DNA from: Octopus bimaculoides
Lineage: Eukaryota
DNA: 57,705 nucleotides
Assembly: GCF_001194135.2 (NCBI RefSeq)
Contig: NC_068995.1
Location: 45,612,335-45,670,039, forward strand
Reading direction: 5' to 3'
The notes under the pieces are model-generated. The model was given only the letters and a program-made list of their open reading frames with translations, did no database searches and was not told the origin of the DNA. Positions 37,481-50,154 of this stretch are shown one piece after another. Within the stretch, counting starts at the first letter, position 1, and every line of letters begins with the position of its first letter. The translations under genes and the position numbers were made by a program.

Positions 37481-39800
37481 CCGGTCATGTCTTGCCCAAA
37501 GACTGAATTGGTGAGATCAATTAACTAAGCAAGAGTTTACAGGTTCGTACCTCCCCTCCAGCTCATGTTTGTGCTAGTGGCTATGGCCAAGCTTTATTGA
37601 ACTCTTCGCGGTCCAGTCCCTCTGGGTGCAAGTAGGTACCCCAAGCTATAAAAAAAGCCTATACTGAGTAACCGACTAATGACTCGTTCTTTTGTAGCGT
37701 GAAAATCACCATTTCCGACAGGGAAAATTACGGAAACCATACGAACAATTATATCTGCGAGTGAACATTGTTTATCTAGGGGAAATAGATCTATTTACCT
37801 AAAATTACGGAAGCCATACGAACAATTAAGTGACAAACATGTGTGGACGTGTGGTTAATAGGCTTGCTTACCAGCACAAACATAGTTCCGAGTTCAGTCC
37901 CATAGCATCGCACCGTGGGCAAATGTCTTCTACTATAGACCTGAGCCAACCAAAGATTTGTGAGTTTATTTAGTAGACGCGAGCTGAAAGAAAATCGCTG
38001 CGCAAACACGCACACGCATATATTTATTATTGTGCGTGTGTCTTCGTGACTGTCCCTGTAATATAGCAGTTCGGCAAACGAAACCGATACAATAAGTATT
38101 GGGGTTAAATTCTCCAAGCACTAAATAAAAACTAATCAAATTTTTTTTTAATTCTTTCAAGGGAAATAACTCATATATAAATTTGATTGAGTTACATCCT
38201 TTGATAATCTAAAATTTAAAGATAGATAGATACGTAAATGTTGTCTGGGGCTTGTCTTTAGGTAGCCCCTTAGTAATGACATACGGGATTTGTTCTGATT
38301 GTTTACGCTCTGAGTTCAAATCACACTGAAGTCAATTCAATTTTTCATTCTTTCAGGTTCAATAAAGTACCAGTCAAGTACTGGTATAGATTACTCATAG
38401 TTTCTCAGAACATGGCTCACTACATTGTGAGGGGTTGTAGAGCACCACTGACAGTGTCCCATTCCCTTAAGAAATGAAGGTGGTCTGGTGAAAGGAGCTA
38501 ACAATATTTTACATTGAGTACACCTCAAAAACTTGAAAAAAAACATACCTACAATGTATCCCCTCCAGACTTTGTTTCTTCATAACTTTCTTTTAATTTT
38601 CTTTACTTGTTTCAGTCATTAGAGCACAGCCATAATGGGGTACCACCTTGGAAATCTTTTTTTTTTTAGTTTAATGAATCAACCTCAGTACTTACTTGTT
38701 TTAAGCCTGGTCCTTATTCTATCAGTCTCTTTTGCCGAATCACTAAGTTATGAGGATATAAACACACCAACAGCAGCAGTTGTCAAGCAGTTGTGGGGAG
38801 CCACATACATATATTATATGTATATCGTTGCTATTATGTTAAACTGTCATATGTCCAAACTTGACCAAATGCATTTTTTTCAATATTTATTTTTGTTTGC
38901 AATAGCCAGTTCTTTTGGTCAAACTATTGTATTTCCAGCTGCTTCAGATGCCAAGATATCATAATATTGTCTAAGTATAGTACAATGGTTTTGCTATGGA
39001 ATGTAAAACTTTTTTTTTTTCTGAAAAAGCAACGTTTTGGACTTATGACACTTTTATATAATNNNNNNNNNNNNNNNNNNNNNNNNNNNNNNNNNNNNNN
39101 NNNNNNNNNNNNNNNNNNNNNNNNNNNNNNNNNNNNNNNNNNNNNNNNNNNNNNNNNNNNNNNNNNNNNNNNNNNNNNNNNNNNNNNNNNNNNNNNNNNN
39201 NNNNNNNNNNNNNNNNNNNNNNNNNNNNNNNNNNNNNNNNNNNNNNNNNNNNNNNNNNNNNNNNNNNNNNNNNNNNNNNNNNNNNNNNNNNNNNNNNNNN
39301 NNNNNNNNNNNNNNNNNNNNNNNNNNNNNNNNNNNNNNNNNNNNNNNNNNNNNNNNNNNNNNNNNNNNNNNNNNNNNNNNNNNNNNNNNNNNNNNNNNNN
39401 NNNNNNNNNNNNNNNNNNNNNNNNNNNNNNNNNNNNNNNNNNNNNNNNNNNNNNNNNNNNNNNNNNNNNNNNNNNNNNNNNNNNNNNNNNNNNNNNNNNN
39501 NNNNNNNNNNNNNNNNNNNNNNNNNNNNNNNNNNNNNNNNNNNNNNNNNNNNNNNNNNNNNNNNNNNNNNNNNNNNNNNNNNNNNNNNNNNNNNNNNNNN
39601 NNNNNNNNNNNNNNNNNNNNNNNNNNNNNNNNNNNNNNNNNNNNNNNNNNNNNNNNNNNNNNNNNNNNNNNNNNNNNNNNNNNNNNNNNNNNNNNNNNNN
39701 NNNNNNNNNNNNNNNNNNNNNNNNNNNNNNNNNNNNNNNNNNNNNNNNNNNNNNNNNNNNNNNNNNNNNNNNNNNNNNNNNNNNNNNNNNTATATACATG

Positions 39801-40184
39801 GGCGTAGGAGTGGCTGTGTGCTAAGTAGCTTGCTTACAAACCACATAGTTCCAGGTTCATTCCCACTGTGTGGCACCTGGGGCAAGTGTCTTCTACTATA
39901 GCCTCGGGCTGACCAAAGCCTCGTGAGTGGATTTGGTAGACGCAAACTGAAAGAAGCCCGTCGTATATATATATATATGTATGTGTGTGTATATGTTTGT
40001 CCCCCCAACATCGCTTGACAACCGATGCTGGTGTGTTTACGGTCCCGTAACTTAGCGGTTCGGCAAAAGAGACCCGATAGAATAAGTACTAGGCTTACAA
40101 AGAATAAGTTCTGGGGTCGATTTGCTCAACTAAAGGTGGTGCTCCAGCATGGCCAGTCAAATGACTGAAACAAGTAAAAGAGTA
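39801..40184 (+). mobile_element. SINE family A, full length
   Basis: Complete head-to-tail copy, GGCGTAGGAG...AAAAGAGTA. Confidence 0.9.
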
Positions 40185-40716
40185 TATACATATTGTATAC
40201 ATACGCAAGCACATATACAAATATATATAGTAGTAGTAGTAGTAGTGGTGGTGATGGTGGTAGTAATGGTAGTAGTTGTGGTTTAGCTTGTACAGGCAAA
40301 GATGGGAGTGCTCAATACTCAGCAGGTAAGAGTTGAAGAAATACTACGCATCTGAAGCCGCCATCACTCTCATGTTACTAGCAGCAGTCTTTAGTGTTCC
40401 ATTCACCTTCCCCATGCAGTGGGACTGAACCCGGAACTATATGGTTGGAAAACAAGCTTCTTACCACACAGCCACACCTAAAGATATTTTTTTATTTGAT
40501 CAGCCGAAGTTACAAAGTGACTCAAGTGCTGAAAGTTTTGTGCCTTGACACACGTGCCAAAGCACAAAAATCTCAGTTCTTGAGTGACTTTGTAACTTCT
40601 GCAGATGAAATAATAAAAAAAAAATAACACACACACACACGAAAAATTAAAACAAAAACAAAATGTTATTTGTGAGGGAAAAAAACTTGGGATCTCATCA
40701 ATGGTTAAAGTAAAAG

Positions 40717-40722
40717 TTTATT
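40717..40722 (-). terminator. Candidate PFDN1 polyadenylation signal
   Basis: AATAAA on the minus strand ~105 nt past the stop codon. Confidence 0.55.
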
Positions 40723-40827
40723 ACACAAATTAGTGTGAAATAGTTAAATAATGATAATGATAATAATAATAATCAGCTATCCTTTACACTGCTGCCAATG
40801 TTTGGTACCCCTATGAAGAGTGAACGG

Positions 40828-40914
40828 TCACTTGGTGGACTGCTTTGACATTATCATCTCTCGCAGGTTGTCTTCAGAATCTTTCAAACTTTTCTCCAAG
40901 ATGACTTGTTTATT
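40828..40914 (-). CDS. PFDN1: Prefoldin subunit 1, exon 4 (terminal)
   Basis: Acceptor TTATTTTCAG; NKQVILEKSLKDSEDNLREMIMSKQSTK*, phase 0; resembles the recalled PFDN1 C-terminus (..LERSVKEAEDNIREM..). Confidence 0.95.
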   Translation of the reverse strand, partial: NKQVILEKSLKDSEDNLREMIMSKQSTK

Positions 40915-41161
40915 CTGAAAATAATTTAAACATGAGAACAAACATTTGTACAGGACACAGGGATGGAAAAAAACAAAAAAAAACAATATTTGTACAAAGA
41001 GACATGATAGTGAAATGGTAAGGTGGTAGAAAAATGACTGTGATGATAACAGACAAATGGATGAGAAACCAGCATGATCAAGATTTCCAATCTTACTACA
41101 ACTGCTGAGTTCTTCCTCTCGTTAAAGTACCTAAATTTTGCATGCGCTTGTTAGCTGCTTG

Positions 41162-41220
<59 letters not shown>

Positions 41221-41855
41221 TGTAAAAAAAAAAAACGGGGCTACTTAAACTCTTATTTCTTGTCATGGGCCCTCAACTCCTCACTAGGGTTTTACGGACA
41301 CCATTGTTACATAAGGTGTGTCTTCAGCATGTTTAGACCTGGCAGAGTGTGACACTCCCCAGGTCCACCCAACGCTGATTTCTTCCAGCAAAAAGAGAGA
41401 CACACAGACAGACAGAAAGTAAAACTGACTCCAGTACAGAACTGGTACTTTATTTATTGATTCAAAAAAGAATAAAAAGCAAAGTTGCCCCTGGTGGGAC
41501 TTCAACTCAGGGAGCAGGGACTCAGAACAATTACCACAAAGCAATCTACCTGACGCTCTTACAATTGTACCAATATCCAACAGAGTGACAACCAGAACAG
41601 CATCCACCCAGGTTTGCGAAGCACAACCAATGTATTGGAATATGTAAAACCAATGACTAAGAAGAGACAACAAGGGAGACTCTAAATGGTGACTGATTCT
41701 ACCAACGAGACCCTTGTCAGCCATATAAATATGTCTGCTTTCGTCACAGTGTAAAAATATCAATGACCAACACTACAAGAAGTAACACATACTGTGCTAG
41801 AATAAATTATTTATTATGCATGCTAAGCAGTTCTGTGACCAAAACAAATTTTTTA

Positions 41856-42039
41856 CCCTCCTTGAAATTTCTGTCAAATGTAATGCTTATTTATTCACAT
41901 TCATTTGAATTAGTCATTCATTACTTTGATGTAATTGTTTGCTTTTAGGGTAAGTTTGAGAGGCCGGATCTGGCCAATTTGAAGATAAAACAGGTAGATT
42001 ATTTTGGCCATATTTGGCTAAAGTTGAAATGCAAAAGGG
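41856..42039. mobile_element. piggyBac-type MITE copy (degenerate), in PFDN1 intron 3
   Basis: CTGTCAAATGTAATGCTTATTTATTCACA; right end GCAAAAGGG-TTAA. Confidence 0.7.
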
Positions 42040-43342
42040 TTAAATCAGTTCACAGGGTTGTCTCTCTTGGTATTGATATGTGCAAATTAGCTAGAACTGC
42101 ATTTATCCGTCTACCAAAGAGCGCAACAAGATGACTGATAATGTTGTGACATCTATTGCCTTAAGTGAGAATTTTTCTCCATGGCAAACTTCAGAAAAAA
42201 TGGCCTTTTTATAGCTCAAATATGTCACAAGCATGTTTGAACGGATTTCAAAGTTTTTTTTTTTAATTAATACAGTTTTAACCCCTCCCCATAAAATTCC
42301 TGGTAAAATCTGCCACATGTTTTCAACATAGTAATGTGATGTAGTCACATGAGAAACAAAACACTAAATTACTTCCTTAATTTCTGAATAGACTGCTGAA
42401 ACAGAAGCAATAATTCCTGCAGACAAGAATGTGCTTTAATTTGTGTCATGCTTGTTCCAATATGCTGTTCTTGATCATGATTGGTGTAATTGGTTACCAT
42501 GGAAATGACAATGAGTCACATGACGATGGGTAAAAAATAATATAAGAATGGAGCCAATGAGGAGCACAACACAGTCACTCAGTTTGCTAGAAATAATAAC
42601 CAAATCACCTTCAAAGTTTTTCCTAAATCTTAAAAAAAAAAAAAGAAAAAGGTAGGGTGGATGAAAGAGACATTAGCTATTGTAATCTTGGATGGTCAAA
42701 GCTGGAACAGCTATGATCACAGTTTTACTCACTCAACACACATTTATTTAACAAAATATATGTGATTTATGTAATCTGAAACAGAAATTAAAGCTATGAG
42801 ATGTCTCTGTATTATAGACTTCAAGATCCAGTCAAGTATATTTGTGAAAGAAACATTCCCCTGGATAGGATGCAAGTCGATTGAAGATAACATTCCACAA
42901 GATTGGTATTTATTCTCCTCACAGCTGAGTAAAACCATAGAAAATATTAAACTCATGACCTAATAACCAGTGCCAATTGGTTCCGTGATCTCTCCTAATT
43001 CTGCTCAAGCAATCTCACCTCAACATGTATGAATGGTAACAATATGTAATAAACACTTGATTATGCTCACCAGAGAGGAAGAAAGAGAGATGGGTGGGTG
43101 GTGTCAGAAAGATCACCTCAAAAGATAGAGATTTGATATTCACAGATGAAGAGAGACTGTTGTAGAAATGAGAGAGAGAGAGAGATAGAGACAATGACAA
43201 TGACCAGACATTGTTAATTGAGGAGGATGCAACGATTTAATAATTTGCTAAAATAAACATTTAACATTCACGGAGATGTACTTGCATAGCAAGTGACTTG
43301 GTCTGAGATCGTGTGCCGAAACAAAAACATTTGCAGCGTGGA

Positions 43343-43599
43343 AGGTGTTTATAAGCCATTTAAAAAAACACACAAAAACTGTTAGGATTCACTTCGATAT
43401 TTAAATTTAATCTGTGTCAAAATATTTTCGCTGCTTTGAAACCGCAACCTGTTCACTGACAAAATTTCATGCAGCACAAAATTTTGTCAGTAAACAGGTC
43501 TCGGTTTCAAAGCAGCGAAAATATTTTGACACAAATTAAATTTAAATGTTGAAGTGAATCTAACGGTTTTTGTGCTTTTTAAATGGCTTATAAACACCT
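43343..43599. repeat. Long inverted repeat (fold-back/MITE-like), ~124-bp arms
   Basis: AGGTGTTTATAAGCCATTTAAA...CTGACAAAATTT, ~10-nt loop, AAATTTTGTCAG...TTTAAATGGCTTATAAACACCT. Confidence 0.9.
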
Positions 43600-45801
43600 G
43601 TCTAAAGTGGTCCAAGTTAGAAACCTTCTTTCAAGAATTTATGCTTATTTGCTCCAAACATCAGCTTAATAATGGCAAAATTACTTCCCTAAATTCTTAA
43701 TCATTTCCGAAGTTTTAACAGGAACAAAATCAGTGTATTTCAACAGAAATATATATTTGCAAAAGGGTTTATGTGGGCATTTTTGTTGCAAACACCAATC
43801 AGTAGAACTACAGTCAAGCTACAAGAAGAACCAAGGACTGATACAGTGGTTAAACAATTCTTAATCCAATAATATCTACAAATTTATGATAATCATTCTC
43901 AGCTGATAATCATAGCATGGCTCAAACACATAAAACCATTAATTGCATCTGTTGATTCGAGCATGACCCAAACGGATGTAAAAGCCATCTCTGTGGAAAT
44001 TCCCAGTAATGAAATGGATGTGAGACAGTTTTTATACAAAAGAATATAGAATAAACAAACAAAACAAAACAGGATATTACAGGGAAGAAATCCCAAAGAA
44101 AAGTGAACCGAGAGACAATAATAGAGAAGAAAAGAGGAAGAGGTAGAAGCATTAGTAGGAAGAGGGTGAAGATGTAGCAGATGCTACCAGATCTAACACA
44201 AGATGTGACACAGAAGAAACGTGAAGGAAAAAAAAACGAAACAAAAACACAAAACATAGGTGTTCACGATAAGAAATACTTACCTCGATCATATCACATC
44301 ACAGTTTCACTGTTCTGTGGTACAGTGGTCACTCTCACAGATGGTACCGTAAAGAAGAAATACATTCTTAAGTGGCCGACTTTTTTAGAAAGACCAAATT
44401 TAAGAGCCTTTGCAAAACAGAAACTTAAGCAGAGATAATTTGAAAATTGCACACTGTAAGAACCAGTTGCTGTCGGCTGAGGGTTTTTTTGTTTGTTCTC
44501 TTACATATTTATGATATTACACTAATATAAAAATTTATAATTATTATTACGATTATTAATTAATAAACTGACATGGCTATAAAAAAACTATTATTATTAT
44601 TATTATTATTCTGTCTTTAAAGACTTCAGTAAAATAATAACTTATCTGAGTTACAGTTTATATGAATAAATTTTTGTTATATAAATTTTTTAAAAGATTT
44701 TCTTTTGTAATTAAGTTCTGAAAGTGGATGACCAATGTTACAAAGATGGGGTGGAGTAAAACACTGGAAAGCAGAAGTAGTGGGTAGCATTAAAGATAAA
44801 GAACAAGGGAGGCAGTGTGTGGGGGGGGGGATTAAAAATAGTGACAAGAGGGTAACGTGCGCGTGTGTGTACTGTATTGATTTTGTGCAGAAAATTGCAT
44901 TCAGTAAACATTACATGCATCACTGTTGCACATAACTGCATCCACAGCTTTCAAACCCAAAGATGTTGAGAACCAATGTTGGATTGGGATGGGAGGTGCT
45001 GGATTACGGGGTTAACTGTGCAGGATTGCATATAATTTAGGTTAGAATTTAGTTTCTGGTCTTCATATTTTTCGNNNNNNNNNNNNNNNNNNNNNNNNNN
45101 NNNNNNNNNNNNNNNNNNNNNNNNNNNNNNNNNNNNNNNNNNNNNNNNNNNNNNNNNNNNNNNNNNNNNNNNNNNNNNNNNNNNNNNNNTGGAAAAAACG
45201 GTGAAATTTTAACAAATTAAATGTAAAGATTATCAGCATTTAACATTTGCTTTCTATGCTGGCATGGGTTAGATGGCTTAGCAGGAGCTAGTAAAGCCAG
45301 AAGCCACACCAAGTTTTACTGTCTGTTGTGGTATGCTTTCTACAGTTGGATGCCCTTCCTAATGCCAACCACTTTACAGAATGCATTCTTTTTTTTCTAT
45401 GTAGTACCAGCACATAAAGCTATCTATGTGGTAACAGTACAGGTGCTTTTCACATGGTGCCAGCACAACAAATGAATATTGTTTATGAGATGTTGACGAT
45501 TTTAACCAAATAACAATACACATATGAATATGTATGTTCCACTGTGTGGCACCTTGTCTGACAAAAGCCTTGTGACTGGATCTTGCTAAGTGGACGTTCC
45601 ATCATCTGTATATGCATATGTCAAAGTGCTTGTGCCTCCTTTGACAGCATAAAAATTTTTTGAACTTTCAAGATCAGCTATTCCAAAAAAAGTAATTGTT
45701 TCACATTCTCTCAAAAGCTTATAAAATTCTAATGACATCAAAAACATACAATACTCACAGGTAAGAAAAAAAACGTTTCTTAAATGTATAGAATAATTCA
45801 A

Positions 45802-45872
45802 GGGATTGCTTTGGTCAAAGGGTAGAATTCTTGCCATTACTACAGGAGATGTGGGTTCAAACCTCACAGGAC
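45802..45872 (+). pseudogene. Degenerate tRNA-Gly-like sequence
   Basis: TGGTCAAAGGGTAGAATTCTTGCC resembles tRNA-Gly TGGTTCAGTGGTAGAATTCTCGCC; B-box GGTTCAAACC; T6 at 45882-45887. Confidence 0.55.
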
Positions 45873-45978
45873 GCCTTCAACTTTTTTCTATCCAAAGTAT
45901 TTTCTAACCCAATATTTTTCATACTGTTGTTTCTAGCCTTATGTGTGCTTCATAATCCATGATTCTCAAAAAGATACA

Positions 45979-46039
<61 letters not shown>

Positions 46040-46278
46040 ACGTGTGTGTGTATAGCCTGAAAACTAAAACTTAATTGGCAATCAGTTACATAATCAGATG
46101 CAGTTATGTCCATAAAAGTTGTAGAAATAACTAAACTAAAGTGATTAGTAGTAATTAGCAACAAGCCATTAATGAATGTTTAATTATGCTCCTGGCCATG
46201 GAAATACCTTGAAAACATATTTCTAGTGTTGTAGTTCAAAGTAGTCATTATAGAGACAACAGTTTGTATGCTCTAGAG

Positions 46279-46514
46279 CAATGCTTCCCAAAGTGGGCGA
46301 TATTTTCCCCTGGGGCAGTGGAAAGTTCCAAGCGGGTGTTGAATGGGGCGATAATGAGGTAGCGATTCATGTAGAAACAACAAAATAATGGGTTCATTAA
46401 GTTAAGTTTTATTTGTTAAATACAGCTGCTTTGAATTTGCATCAGAAAGGGGTCTATGTTTGTGATTGCTAGTTGGGGTGGGGGCAGCAGCCTGAAAAAA
46501 TTTGGGAACCACTG
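46279..46514. mobile_element. hAT (Charlie-like) MITE (236 bp)
   Basis: Imperfect TIR CAATGCTTCCCAAA/TTTGGGAACCACTG; perfect 8-bp TSD CTCTAGAG (46271-46278, 46515-46522). Confidence 0.9.
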
Positions 46515-46704
46515 CTCTAGAGGGACAGCAAGCATGATTGTGTGGTTAAGCTGCTCATTGCCCAGCCATGTGATTTCAGGTTCAGTCCCACAGTGCAGCA
46601 CTTTGGGCAAGTGTCTTTTCCTATAGTTTGGGGCTGAGTGAATTTGAAAAATGGAAACTGTCAGAAACCTGTTTTGTGTGTACATATATATAGCTTTTCT
46701 GGGT

Positions 46705-47085
46705 TTTTTTTTATTTACTTGTTTCAGTCATTAGACTGTGGCCATGCTGGGGCACCACCTTGAAGAATCTTTAGTCAAATGATTCAACCTCAGTACTTAT
46801 CTTTGTAAGCCTGATAGTTATTCTACTGGTCTCCTTTCTGAAGCCACGAAGTTATGGGGACATAAACACACCAACACCAGTTGATAAGCAGTGGTGGGGG
46901 GACAAACATAGATGCAAACACACACATACACACACAACTGTCTTCTTTTCATTTTCTGTCTACCAAACTCACAAGGTTCTGGTCAGTCTGAGGCTGTAGT
47001 AGAAGAGACTTGCCCATGGTGCCATGCAGTGGGACTGAACCCGGAACTATGTGGCTGGGAAGTAAATTTCTTACCACACAACCAT
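46705..47085 (-). mobile_element. SINE family A, diverged near-full copy
   Basis: TTACTTGTTTCAGTC tail through CTTACCACACAACC head. Confidence 0.8.
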
Positions 47086-47776
47086 GCCTCTGTGTGTGTG
47101 TGTGTGTGTTTGCATGTGTGGTGTGTGTGTGTTTGTTTGGTGTGTGCAACTGTAGTGTCTCTCTCTCTCTCTCTCTCTTCACACCTCAGAGATTCTATGA
47201 AAGCAAAACTAAAATACATTCCAGAATATTTCCATCTGCCAAAGAGATAATAATTCAACAGTCATCAGGTACGCTGTGTTATCAGGGATTATCTTCAGTG
47301 ATTGAGTAGACTTCCGAGAGGCAAGCAGTTTAATTTAACTAACTACTACTACAACTGGAACATTATCAGAGTAAAACATAAACATGAACACATTCGATAT
47401 CCCATTGCCAAAAAAATAGATAGAAATTACAAAACTGATATCTTGGCAAAATAAATTTCCTTCACTTCTTTCATCATCATCATCAGCACCATCATTATCT
47501 ACTATTATCTACATCATCAGCAGCACCACTTTTATCAACATCACCACCACCACCGCATGCTGTACACATTAGCATCCATACATCACCGCCACAACTCCTG
47601 TCTTCTTTACCACCATCACCACCACCACCACACTAAGTATTACACTTCTATTCACCATCTGCCAAGACCCTTATATTGTTACCTTGACCTCAACATTAAA
47701 CATCCTTTTCTCTGCTTCTTACTCATAAATTCATCCCACAATTCACATCAACTCACACTATACACCTCGCTCTAAC

Positions 47777-48132
47777 CCCAGGGTAAAAGGGAAAAGATAT
47801 TGAGCCCCTTTGGTCATGAATGACCATGGGATTGCACCTAGAAAGTTTCCCTCTGAGACAAGTCCGGGCAAGGTTGTTTATGGAAAACCAGCAGTCACCT
47901 ATGCATACCGGTCTTCCCTCTCCACGCCACCGATGTTATCCAAGGAAAAGGCAAAGGCCGATACAGCTTGGCACTTGTGATGTCGCAACTCATTTCTACA
48001 GCTGAGCGAACTGGAGCAACATGAAATAAAGTGTCTTGCTCAAGAACACAACACGCAGCTTAGTGCAGGAATCGAACTCACTACCTCATGATTGTGAGCC
48101 TGATGCTCTAACCAATGAGCCATGCGTCTTCA
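47777..48132 (-). mobile_element. SINE family D, full length
   Basis: Inverted homolog of 6773-7074, with ~40 extra internal nt (GGCAAAGGCCGATACAGCTTGGCAC). Confidence 0.85.
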
Positions 48133-48344
48133 CGCTCTAAACTTACCTGCATTATGTATACCCACACCTCCAAAGAACTAGTACTACATAATCTTGCGGG
48201 ATCGTTTCGAGCTAGCAAGATTGCAAGGGCACAAAGAAAGCATGAACTACACATGTCCAGAGCCAACTCCTTGTCTTCAGTCCCAACAGGCCACCAGTAA
48301 CCAGTCTTCTTCACCCATGTCCTTGGTCTTTGTCGACAACAAAA

Positions 48345-48800
48345 TAATAATAATAATCCTTTCTACTAAAGGCACAAGGCCTGATATTTTGGGAGAGGAG
48401 ACTAGTCGATTACATCGACCCCAGTGTTTCACTGGTATTTAATTTATTCACCCTGAAAGGATGAAAGGCAAAGCCGACCTCAGCAGAATTTGAACTCAGA
48501 ACGTAGTGGTAGACAAAATACTGCTAAGCATTTCGCCCCGAGTGCTAATGATTCTGCCAGCTCGTCACCTTCTTAATAAAAATAATAATGATAATAATAA
48601 TAATAACAATGATTTCATGCTTTTGCCACAAGGGCAGTTGATTACATTGATCCCAGTGCGTAACTGGTACTTGTTTAATTGACCCTGAAAGGATTAAAGG
48701 CAAAGGTGACCTCGACAGTATTTGAAATCAGAACGTAACGGCAGATAAAATACTTCTAAGCATTTTGCCCTGTGTGCTAACAATTCTGCCACCTCACCAG
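48345..48800 (-). mobile_element. Two tandem family B SINEs
   Basis: Two GAAAGGAT.AAAGGCAAAG..GACCTC / TTTGAA.TCAGAACGTA units. Confidence 0.85.
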
Positions 48801-49106
48801 TTTCTTAATTAATAATAATAATAACAATAATAACTACACAATCCAACAAGGGATTGTCATTATGGTTATTTATCTTGCTAGAAATAGTAACCAAATCTCT
48901 CTCAAATCTTACCATACAGCTTATGAACAAAAACGAAGGACACATTGGACAACATAGTCCTAGGTAATCTATATTTGAACAGAAGATGGCTGGAACACTT
49001 GATTGCAGGTTCGATGGATCAGGACTGACCAAGCGCAAAATAACAGCCCTCACCACACCATGTCCAAACCTCCGGACAGTAAAACTTATACCAAACCATT
49101 ACTCAC

Positions 49107-49191
49107 AGTTAAAGTTTTGATTTTTTCCTCGGACGTCTCAATTTTTTTCATTAAGTTTTCTCTAACTTGAGGAATTTCTTGAAGAATAAAC
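49107..49191 (-). CDS. PFDN1: Prefoldin subunit 1, exon 3 (85 nt)
   Basis: Acceptor TTTTGTCTGTCCAACAG, donor GTGAGT; (M)FILQEIPQVRENLMKKIETSEEKIKTLT; phase fits exons 2 and 4. Confidence 0.96.
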
Positions 49192-49319
49192 CTGTTGGAC
49201 AGACAAAAGAGAAGAGACTGAGATTAAAAATAATAAAGGAATTGGAACAAAGCTATGAATATAAGCATCATAATCAACATTTTAATGTCAGATTTTCTAA
49301 ACTAGCATAAGATGGACAT

Positions 49320-49812
49320 CTATATTATTATATTATAATGATATGATAATATTCTTATAATTATTATTATATTATAATATGATAATATTATTATAATTAT
49401 TATTATATTATAATGATATGATAATATTATTATAATTATTATTATATTATAATGATATGATAATATTATTATAATTATTATTATATTATAATGATATGAT
49501 AATATTATTATAATTATTATTATATTATAATATGATAATATTATTATAATTATTATTATATTATAATGATATGATAATATTATTATAATTATTATTATAT
49601 TATAATGATAGAATNNNNNNNNNNNNNNNNNNNNNNNNNNNNNNNNNNNNNNNNCTTATAATTATTATTATATTATAATATGATAATATTATTATAATTA
49701 TTATTATATTATAATGATATGATAATATTATTATAATTATTATTATATTATAATGATAGAATAATATTATTATAATTATTATTATATTATAATGATATGA
49801 TAATATTATTAT
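49320..49812. repeat. AT-rich ~39-bp minisatellite (34-bp variants), gap-interrupted
   Basis: Unit ATAATATTATTATAATTATTATTATATTATAATGATATG repeated >10 times in PFDN1 intron 2. Confidence 0.9.
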
Positions 49813-49864
49813 AAAAGGTAGTGAGCTGGTAGATTCATTAGCATGTCAGATGAATTGTTTAGAG

Positions 49865-50154
49865 CAGGGGTTTTCAAACTGTGGTCTGCGAACCACAGGG
49901 AGTCCGCAAGGACAAAACAGGGGGTCCGTGGACAGCAAATACTTTTTATGGGCAATTTGATTTTATATATGTTTTTTAATCGAAATATTTTAATTGACAA
50001 TAAACCTATTTGTTAAATAAATAAATGTAAAAATACATGTTATTTTAAGCAAATATTTATGTATAAATTTCATAAGCGTTTATAAGGGGGTCGTCCCTAA
50101 GGTAAAGCCTGAAATATAAGGGGGTCCGCAAGTCAAAAAGTTTGAAAACCCCTG
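49865..50154. mobile_element. hAT MITE (290 bp), same family as 8503-9601
   Basis: Both 15-bp TIRs present; flanks GTTTAGAG / CCATACAG do not match. Confidence 0.9.

Noticed and set aside
37724-37828. CRISPR-like repeat-spacer-repeat
   Set aside because: Only two repeats, eukaryotic context, no cas genes
47210-47280. CUGAUGA...GAAA motif on the minus strand
   Set aside because: Stem II lacks the G-C closing pair and stem I does not pair; at best a very decayed relic
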